Below, piece after piece: positions 25,775-32,000 of a DNA stretch of 32,000 nt. The stretch covers positions 58,876 to 90,875 of the forward strand of contig JBMFFR010000001.1 in the NCBI GenBank assembly GCA_051388875.1, in the 5' to 3' direction. A program made the position numbers and the translations under genes. Under the pieces are notes generated by a model. That model saw only the letters and a program-made list of their open reading frames with translations. It did no database searches and had not been told where the DNA came from. Source of the stretch: Candidatus Brocadiia bacterium JP1. Its GTDB lineage: Bacteria > Planctomycetota > Brocadiia > Brocadiales > Bathyanammoxibiaceae. The first letter of the stretch is position 1. Each line of letters begins with the position of its first letter.

Positions 25775-27337
25775 ATGAAAGCACCGACCTCCTACGCCAT
25801 TTTAAGTGAACTCACCTCCACCAAGGAACTTACAATTGCAGAGGTTAGACCTCACTGTGATTCATTGACCGCCTTTCAGCGACTTCTAAGTTACTATGGA
25901 ACCCGAGCCCCTCACTTCTTTTTGGATAGTGCCCTCCGGGCTTCCAGTCTATCCAGGTACTCTTTGCTAGGATTCCAGCCTTTTTTGATCCTTAAGAGTA
26001 AGGGGAACAGAATTACCGTAATTGATACCAGTGGGGTACAGGAGAAGAAAGGTAACCCCTTTGAGGTATTGCGCTTTTATTTGCAGGCCTTCAGGGGTGA
26101 GGATGCAGGGGCTATCTCACCCGCTTTAGACCTATCAAAAGGCCTTACCGCCTTGCCCTCTTCCATGATTGACCTGCCGGGTATCTGCTGGGCAGGTGGA
26201 GTCGTAGGTTACTTGAGTTACGACCTCTGTCATTTCCTGGAGCGGCTTCCCAAGAACACACTGGACGACTTGGGATTTCCAGATATGTGTTTTGGATTTT
26301 ATACTAAGTTTGTTGTGTATGACCATAAAGAGGACCGGTGCTTTATAGTGGGGAGGGATTTGGAAGAAGATATACGAGAGCTCGTTAGCTTACTTTCCAC
26401 CCAAAACAAGGGAAGAAAAGGCTCCATCAAAGGGCTTAGAACAGCCAAAGATGAAGTGGCACGATTCATCGTGCCCAATAAATCTGGTTTTATAAATCCA
26501 ACTCCTGCTGAAAAGGGATATAAACTCAGGTGCAATTTCACTAAAAGAGAATACATTGAGGCCATCAGGCGGGCCAAAGAGTATATTGCCAGAGGGGATA
26601 TATATCAGGTTAATCTTTCTCAAAGATTTCAGGCGGACACACGTCTAACTCCGCATGCTCTCTACCTACGCTTAAGGGCAATTAATCCCGCCCCATTTTC
26701 TGCCTATCTACAATTTGGGGATAATGTCATAATCAGTGCTTCCCCAGAGAGGTTTCTAAAAGTTAAGGAGGGGCGCGTACAGACCTACCCCGTTAAGGGT
26801 ACAAGGCCCAGGGGTAAAGACCCAGCCTCTGATGAAAGACTCATGGTCGAACTACTCTCCAGCGCCAAAGATAGTGCAGAACTAACCATGATTGTGGACC
26901 TTGAGAGGAATGACCTGGGAAAGGTCTCTAAATATGGCTCAGTAAAGGTAGTGGATAAAAAGAGGTTAGAGTCTCATCCTACCGTTTTCCACCTTGTGGC
27001 CACCGTAGAGAGTGAACTCTACCCCCAGTACGACCTGGTAGACCTATTGAAGGCTACCTTTCCAGGGGGGTCGGTTACTGGTGCCCCCAAGATAAGGGCA
27101 ATGGAAGTCATTGACGAGCTTGAACCCACCTCCAGAAGTGTTTACACCGGGGCCATTGGGTATATCGGCTTTGATGGCTCTATGGACCTTGCCATGGCCA
27201 TCAGGACCTTCCTGGTGAAAGGCTCCACGGCCTTCTTTCAGGCGGGGGGTGGGATTGTAGCAGATTCTCAGCCCGGAGAAGAGTATCAAGAGACGCTTTT
27301 TAAGTCTAGGGCGCTTATGGAAGCCCTCTGCGAATAA
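25775..27337 (+). CDS. pabB: Aminodeoxychorismate synthase component I (chorismate-binding enzyme)
   Basis: The ORF contains SPERFL, KGTRPRG, AELTMIVDLERNDLGKV, PGGSVTGAPKIRAMEVIDELE and RSVYTGAIGYIGFDGSMDLAMAIRT. The PabB call rather than TrpE rests on the adjacent ADC-lyase-like gene. Confidence 0.8.
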   Translation: MKAPTSYAILSELTSTKELTIAEVRPHCDSLTAFQRLLSYYGTRAPHFFLDSALRASSLSRYSLLGFQPFLILKSKGNRITVIDTSGVQEKKGNPFEVLRFYLQAFRGEDAGAISPALDLSKGLTALPSSMIDLPGICWAGGVVGYLSYDLCHFLERLPKNTLDDLGFPDMCFGFYTKFVVYDHKEDRCFIVGRDLEEDIRELVSLLSTQNKGRKGSIKGLRTAKDEVARFIVPNKSGFINPTPAEKGYKLRCNFTKREYIEAIRRAKEYIARGDIYQVNLSQRFQADTRLTPHALYLRLRAINPAPFSAYLQFGDNVIISASPERFLKVKEGRVQTYPVKGTRPRGKDPASDERLMVELLSSAKDSAELTMIVDLERNDLGKVSKYGSVKVVDKKRLESHPTVFHLVATVESELYPQYDLVDLLKATFPGGSVTGAPKIRAMEVIDELEPTSRSVYTGAIGYIGFDGSMDLAMAIRTFLVKGSTAFFQAGGGIVADSQPGEEYQETLFKSRALMEALCE

Positions 27338-27356
27338 CTAAGTAAAAGGTGTAGAG

Positions 27357-28283
27357 ATGATTACAGAGGCTCGCATCCATCCCGGCAAAAGGGGTGCCCC
27401 TTCATATGTCTTTCTAAATGGCGATATGGTGCTGGAGGATGAGGCTCTGGTATCTATTCGGGATAGGGGTTTTCTCTACGGGGACGGAATTTTTGAAACC
27501 TTGCGTTCCTATGACGGCAAGCCCTTTCTTCTCAGAGAGCATCTCCAGCGATTGGATTCTTCCGCGCAAGCCCTGGAGATACCCCTCACTTATAGCCCTC
27601 AGGAGTTACGCAAGGCTGTTGAAAGCCTTCTGGTGCTTAACAAGGTAGCAGACGCAATCATACGAATCACGCTCACCCGCGGCGAGAGCCCCCACTATGG
27701 ACTCCAACCCCCAAAGAAGCACACACCAACCCTTATCATACAGTGTCACCCCTTTCAGCCTCACCCTGAAGAATATTACAAAAACGGCTTGAATCTTATA
27801 ATTTCTACCTATCTTCGTAGTGTTTCATGTCCTATATTCAGGCATAAGACTGCTAACTTCCTCACGGCGGTAATGGCCAAGCAGGAGGCTACTAGAAAGG
27901 GCGCCCACGATGCCCTTTTCCTTAACACAAATGGTCACGTCTGCGAGGCTACCACGAGTAATATCTTCCTGGTAGAATCTGGAAAGGTAATCACCCCCTC
28001 CTTAGAGGCTAATATCCTCCCTGGAATAACCAGGGAAAAGGTCTTAGAGCTATGCAAGCAAGAGGGCATCCCTGCCTCAGAGGAGCTATTTGATAAAGAA
28101 AGGCTATGTGGGGCGGAGGAAGTTTTTTTGACCAACTCTCTGGCAGAAATAGTGCCAGTCTCCCAAATTGAGGACAAACCGATAAGTAAGCCAGTGCCTG
28201 GAAAGCTAACATGTTGTGTTACAGAAACTTACAAAAAGTTAGTGGAAGTCGGCTCAAGCGTTAATAAGCCGATTTCTTTCTGA
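27357..28283 (+). CDS. pabC: Aminodeoxychorismate lyase / class IV aminotransferase-fold protein
   Basis: The ORF contains RGFLYGDGIFETLR, IRITLTRG, the KTANFL context, EATTSNIF and LPGITR, which are class IV PLP-enzyme blocks. It lies immediately downstream of pabB. Confidence 0.75.
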   Translation: MITEARIHPGKRGAPSYVFLNGDMVLEDEALVSIRDRGFLYGDGIFETLRSYDGKPFLLREHLQRLDSSAQALEIPLTYSPQELRKAVESLLVLNKVADAIIRITLTRGESPHYGLQPPKKHTPTLIIQCHPFQPHPEEYYKNGLNLIISTYLRSVSCPIFRHKTANFLTAVMAKQEATRKGAHDALFLNTNGHVCEATTSNIFLVESGKVITPSLEANILPGITREKVLELCKQEGIPASEELFDKERLCGAEEVFLTNSLAEIVPVSQIEDKPISKPVPGKLTCCVTETYKKLVEVGSSVNKPISF

Positions 28284-28429
28284 ACTTTGAGCAAAATTGG
28301 GACACCTTGACGTCTCGTAACTAAATTCTCAGGGACTTATTGTCATTGCTAGTCCGCAATAATCCTTCTTGACTTTACTGAATAATATAAGAAAATCATG
28401 AAATAAAAGGAATTGTCTTGGAGAAATTT

Positions 28430-29311
28430 ATGGATAGAGATAAGCCTATTGTCAATAATGAGTTACCTCTAATTGTACCTCACATTTCAGGTGAAAAATT
28501 AAAACGCACAAGAAGTCTAAAGCGTGCAAATGATTTAAATGGCAAGACCTGGTTACAATACTCTATAAGCGTCTGGAACGATATTAAAAAAACTAGCGAA
28601 GAGATTAAGCTTAAACATCCTGCGATGTTTCCCTCCCCGCTTGCTGAAAGGCTCATACAGGTATATACAACTAACCAACAAAAAAATATCTTAGACCCAT
28701 TTGTCGGTGTGGGATCAACCCTTTTGGCAGCAAAGAACCTTGGTAAACACGGAGTAGGATTTGATATTTCAAAGGAGTATGTTGAAATTGCACAAAATAG
28801 ACTCAACCAGGGACACTTTGCTGAAAAGGGCGAATATAAATTATACTGTGAAGATGCTAGAAACTTGTTTAATCATGTTAGAAGAGGTACGATAGACTTG
28901 TGTATCACCTCCCCTCCATATTGGAATATCCTTTCACAAAAAAGAACCGCAGACTCTAAAGAAATCCGTGATTATGCTGAAAAGGGCAGCAATCTAGGAA
29001 TCATCCAGGATTATAAGGCCTTTTTACAAGAATTGAGGGCTATCTTTGCAAAGGTCAAGACTGTTTTAAAACCATTTGCCCGCTGTTGTGTCATAGTGAT
29101 GGACATAAGAAAAGGGCCAAAATTTTATCCTTTTCATATGGATATAACTCGTTTTATGACAGAAGACTTAGGATTTATCTTAGAGGACATTATAATTTGG
29201 GATAGAAGGTCGGAGTATAACAATCTAAGACCTTTAGGTTATCCTTCAGTTTTTCGTATTAATAAAATACATGAATTTATTCTTATATTCCAAAAGCTAA
29301 AAGAACATTAA
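28430..29311 (+). CDS. DNA methyltransferase of the N4/N6 (PF01555-like) type with an SPPY catalytic motif; motif I precedes motif IV
   Basis: The segment HPAMFPSPLAERLI...ILDPFVGVGSTLLAAKNLGKHGVGFDISKEYVEIAQNRL carries the AdoMet-binding FxGxG region. It is followed about 70 aa later by GTIDLCITSPPYW and AFLQELRAIFAKVKTVLKP. I prefer the ATG at 28430, which has ggaga 5-6 nt upstream, over the track TTG at 28418. Confidence 0.8.
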   Translation: MDRDKPIVNNELPLIVPHISGEKLKRTRSLKRANDLNGKTWLQYSISVWNDIKKTSEEIKLKHPAMFPSPLAERLIQVYTTNQQKNILDPFVGVGSTLLAAKNLGKHGVGFDISKEYVEIAQNRLNQGHFAEKGEYKLYCEDARNLFNHVRRGTIDLCITSPPYWNILSQKRTADSKEIRDYAEKGSNLGIIQDYKAFLQELRAIFAKVKTVLKPFARCCVIVMDIRKGPKFYPFHMDITRFMTEDLGFILEDIIIWDRRSEYNNLRPLGYPSVFRINKIHEFILIFQKLKEH

Positions 29312-29316
29312 AAACT

Positions 29317-30270
29317 ATGCTCATTACAAAAAACCAGGATTATATGGATGAGGATGTAGCATATTTATTAGGGCTTATTCTTGTGAGGGGCACACTTACA
29401 GAAGACAAAGACATAAAAAGATTAGCTATAGAATTTCCTTACAAGTCATTGGAGGCTAAAGGAATAAGCACTTCCTACAACCAAAAATCAGCGTTGCAAT
29501 TATCAGCCAATTCTATTAGAGACCGAATAAATGAGCTGCTAGGCGTTGATTTGAAGGTAGAGAATATGAGTGGTTCAGTAGTCCTTTCCGCAGTCTTTAC
29601 AAAAAATACTCTGGCGTGGAGAAATTTAAAGTTACTTTTAGGAGATAAGAGTAGTTACTCCGAATTTGAACTTAATCCGATTTTCTATGAGTTCGAAATA
29701 AGTATTAAAAAGGAATTGGTTAGGGGTATAGCAGATGCCACAGGATTTATAAGGCCTTCTAACGAATATTATGGCAGACATAGAATTTATCTAGAAATAA
29801 ACAATGCTAATTGGTATTTACCTATTCAAATATGTAAGCTGTTACAAGAGATGGGTGTAGGTGTGCAGTTAATACAATGGGGTCATCCTAACATGAGGGA
29901 GCCCGGCAAGACAGACGTGGATGCCGAAAAGTCTTCGTGGGCAAGGGAACACCAAATTAAGATATTTGCGGAAGAGTTTGAATCGGTAGGTTTTTACTCC
30001 CCACACAAACAAAAGATATTGGAAGAATTTGCTGAGTATAATAAAAATATGTTCAAGAAAAAGCATGAAGAGTGTAACCCTTTAGAAAAAGGGATAAGAG
30101 AGCCTAAGCCTAAACATCCTTGTGAAAACCACCTGAAGATACCTACCGAAATAAGAGGAAGGCATTTTGATGGGTACTGGCAAATATGTCAGGGATTAGG
30201 TTGCATGCAGGGTAAACCAAGTCAGCAGATAAGCTTTGACTTTATGGATGTATTAGAAAGCGATGTATAG
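29317..30270 (+). CDS. Protein with two degenerate LAGLIDADG-like motifs and a C-terminal Cys/His-rich tail; possible DNA-recognition or nuclease subunit
   Basis: Motif 1 is [15 protein letters not shown] (res ~13-27). Motif 2 is [14 protein letters not shown] (res ~132-145), about 120 aa later. Each is followed by a beta-like segment and an hxxhxxLLxxxGh helix ([15 protein letters not shown]; [15 protein letters not shown]), as in double-motif LAGLIDADG folds. The usual catalytic acidic residue before the final Gly is R in motif 1 and T in motif 2. The tail reads HEECNPLEK...HPCENH...WQICQGLGC. The ORF starts 5 nt after the methyltransferase stop. Confidence 0.45.
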   Translation: MLITKNQDYMDEDVAYLLGLILVRGTLTEDKDIKRLAIEFPYKSLEAKGISTSYNQKSALQLSANSIRDRINELLGVDLKVENMSGSVVLSAVFTKNTLAWRNLKLLLGDKSSYSEFELNPIFYEFEISIKKELVRGIADATGFIRPSNEYYGRHRIYLEINNANWYLPIQICKLLQEMGVGVQLIQWGHPNMREPGKTDVDAEKSSWAREHQIKIFAEEFESVGFYSPHKQKILEEFAEYNKNMFKKKHEECNPLEKGIREPKPKHPCENHLKIPTEIRGRHFDGYWQICQGLGCMQGKPSQQISFDFMDVLESDV

Positions 30271-30757
30271 TAAAGAATCACAGATGTATCCTCCCGTGAG
30301 ATACTGGTTAACCTCTTTATTAAAAGAGAAGCACAAGAAAAAAAAAGTAATTGTAGAAGATACTTCTAAAATTACATTAAGACGATTTATAGAAGATACT
30401 AGCCTCCAGAGGGCCTTTCCCCAATATATTGCTTATGACATAAAACTAGATGTAACAGGCTTTATAATTGATTCTGAAGCTAGTGCAGAGTTAGTATTTG
30501 TTGAGTGCAAGTTGGCCCCACTTACTCTTAGAGATTTGTGTCAGTTAATAGGATATAGCCTCGTTGCACGACCTAGTTATGCTTTTTTATTGTCTCCTGC
30601 TGGGATAAGCGATGCATTAAAATTTCTGATACAAATTCATGGAAGGTATGACATCCTTAGATATAATAAAGATAAGTTTATAAGGATTTCACAATGGGAT
30701 CCATCACGTTGCGAAATAATTCCATCAACTACCCTACCCCCAGGCATGCATGTTTAG
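30263..30757 (+). CDS. Small protein with a PD-(D/E)xK-like nuclease motif
   Basis: The 164-aa ORF contains [27 protein letters not shown], an Asp followed by ExK at the end of a hydrophobic strand. Its ATG at 30263 overlaps the upstream TAG (30268..30270) by 8 nt. An alternative ATG lies at 30284. Confidence 0.5.
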   Translation: MYSKESQMYPPVRYWLTSLLKEKHKKKKVIVEDTSKITLRRFIEDTSLQRAFPQYIAYDIKLDVTGFIIDSEASAELVFVECKLAPLTLRDLCQLIGYSLVARPSYAFLLSPAGISDALKFLIQIHGRYDILRYNKDKFIRISQWDPSRCEIIPSTTLPPGMHV

Positions 30758-30891
30758 CTTTGTTGTATAGGAAACTTTGTTAAGTTGACCTGTTATTCGC
30801 CTGGAAAGCACTCCTCTCTTTTTCTTCATAGACACTATGCTCACAATTACTGTCTTTTTGTTTAAGGTGAATGAACGGACTTTATTCCCCC

Positions 30892-32000
30892 TTACCACCC
30901 CCTTTCCTCTGAGTAGGTACCGAAGGGGATGGAGGGTTCTTCTATTACAGGTCTAGTGGGAGTGGTTTCTTCTGCGGAGGGTTCTTGTTTTTCTAAAAAC
31001 TGGAGGCGGAACAACTTAGAATACAGGTTTCCTCCGGAGAGGAGTTCTTCGTGGGTGCCTTTCTCCACGATTCGCCCCCCGTCCAGGACAACTATCAGGT
31101 CTGCGTGTAGTATGGTAGAGAGACGATGGGCAATGACGAAGGTGGTACGGTTTTCTACTAAGCAGTAAATGGCCTCCTGGATGAGCCTTTCGGTCTCTGC
31201 ATCTACGGAGCTAGTGGCCTCATCCAGTATAAGAATCCTCGGGTCAGCCAGTATTGCCCTAGCTATGGCAAGTCGCTGTCGCTGTCCGCCGGAGAGTTTC
31301 ACCCCTCTTTCTCCAACCACGGTGTCATACCCCTGGGGTAGGGATAGGATAAAGTTATGAGCCCCCGCCATCTCGGCTGCCCTGATTATTTCCTCCTCTG
31401 TGGCCTCTGGTTTTCCATAGGTAATGTTGTTTCTAACAGTATCGTTAAAAAGGAAGGCTTCTTGTAGCACCATAGCCATCTGTCGCCTCAGGGACTGGGA
31501 TTTCACCTGCCTGAGGTCTTGCCCATCTATCAGGATTGAGCCTTCGGTAGGATCGTAAAATCTTGGCAGTAAATAGGTTAGGGTTGTTTTACCAGCCCCA
31601 CTGGGGCCTACCAATGCCACCATTTGCCCGGGCTCTACCTCCAGGTTGATGTCCTCAAGCACTTTAACCCCGTTGGGGTAGCTGAAGTGTACTCTCTTAA
31701 ATTCTACATAACCTTGCAAGTAGGGCAATTCAATTGCCTTGGAGTCATCATGTAAGGACGGTTTGGTGTCAAGCACTTCAAAGACCCTCTCTGTGGAGGC
31801 AAGCGCCCTCTGGACAGTATTATAAAACCTTGTTATGCCGCTTATGGGTTCGTAGCTCATCCTGAGGTAAGGGAAGAAGATGACGAAGGTGCCTGCGCTC
31901 AATTCCCCTTTTAGCACTTTGTAGCCACCAAAACAGAGTACCACTACCGCCCCGGTCTCCACGAAGAGCTCCACTATGGGCTTATAGGTGGTGAATATTC
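30892..32000 (-). CDS. ABC exporter, fused permease/ATPase (MsbA-like); the N-terminus lies beyond the window end
   Basis: The ORF contains Walker A GPSGAGKTT, the signature LSGGQRQR, Walker B ILILDEATS and the H-loop AHRL. The frame stays open upstream of the track start (31974, a GTG) through position 32000 (...IFTTYKPIVELFVETG...). An unusual ~35-aa acidic/Pro-rich C-terminal tail is present. Confidence 0.85.
   Translation of the reverse strand, partial: IFTTYKPIVELFVETGAVVVLCFGGYKVLKGELSAGTFVIFFPYLRMSYEPISGITRFYNTVQRALASTERVFEVLDTKPSLHDDSKAIELPYLQGYVEFKRVHFSYPNGVKVLEDINLEVEPGQMVALVGPSGAGKTTLTYLLPRFYDPTEGSILIDGQDLRQVKSQSLRRQMAMVLQEAFLFNDTVRNNITYGKPEATEEEIIRAAEMAGAHNFILSLPQGYDTVVGERGVKLSGGQRQRLAIARAILADPRILILDEATSSVDAETERLIQEAIYCLVENRTTFVIAHRLSTILHADLIVVLDGGRIVEKGTHEELLSGGNLYSKLFRLQFLEKQEPSAEETTPTRPVIEEPSIPFGTYSEERGW

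Noticed and set aside
28283-30779. Shared 7-mer aactttg at both edges of the AT-rich island (28283..28289 and 30773..30779) as possible insertion-site direct repeats
   Set aside because: Seven bases is too short to distinguish from chance in AT-rich DNA. No integrase, transposase or tRNA target is present.
1-32000. Search by eye for tRNA T-loop strings (GGTTCGAATCC-like), rRNA, CRISPR repeat-spacer periodicity, transposase or integrase genes and long terminal inverted repeats
   Set aside because: None was found. The only repeats seen are the intragenic lipoprotein repeats, the Glu-codon run and short palindromes.

Overview
This 32 kb window looks like a bacterial chromosomal segment. Most of it is housekeeping genes at roughly 50% GC, based on hand counts of a few 60-nt lines. 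These genes are ribH-nusB, tatC, acsA, mtnP, purC, nth and pabBC, plus a partial ABC exporter. Three regions stand out.

(1) 28.3-30.9 kb is an AT-rich island (about 35-38% GC by hand count) lying between pabC and the ABC exporter. It carries three tightly coupled genes. The first is an SPPY-type DNA methyltransferase with motif I ahead of motif IV. The second is a 317-aa protein with two degenerate LAGLIDADG-like motifs. The third is a 164-aa protein with a PD-(D/E)xK-like D...ExK motif. I read this as a candidate non-canonical restriction-modification or defence module, and it is the best candidate for an undescribed system in the window.

(2) 17.7-25.6 kb is a single plus-strand operon behind a near-consensus sigma70-type promoter. 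It encodes acpS, a B12-binding radical SAM enzyme, a FabF-type ketosynthase, a cysteine-less ketosynthase partner, a FadH-like enoate/dienoyl reductase, FabG and a muconolactone-isomerase-like protein. This looks like a specialised lipid or polyketide pathway, and its gene content recalls clusters proposed for ladderane lipid synthesis.

(3) 3.1-6.35 kb is a second AT-rich operon (about 30-32% GC in sampled lines). It encodes a repeat lipoprotein, a J-domain/zinc-ribbon/RDD membrane protein and a trypsin-PDZ protease with no signal peptide. Two of its genes are interrupted by single-base homopolymer frame changes.

Other unusual architectures are a NusB-PHP fusion that is absent from the ORF track, a TatC with an extra TM segment and a FecR-like tail, and an HprK/PEPCK-like P-loop protein translationally coupled to a J-domain-TPR protein and purC.

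I found no tRNA, rRNA, CRISPR array or recognisable transposase. All product calls rest on motifs read by eye from the translations. No database search was possible, and the taxonomic origin cannot be established.
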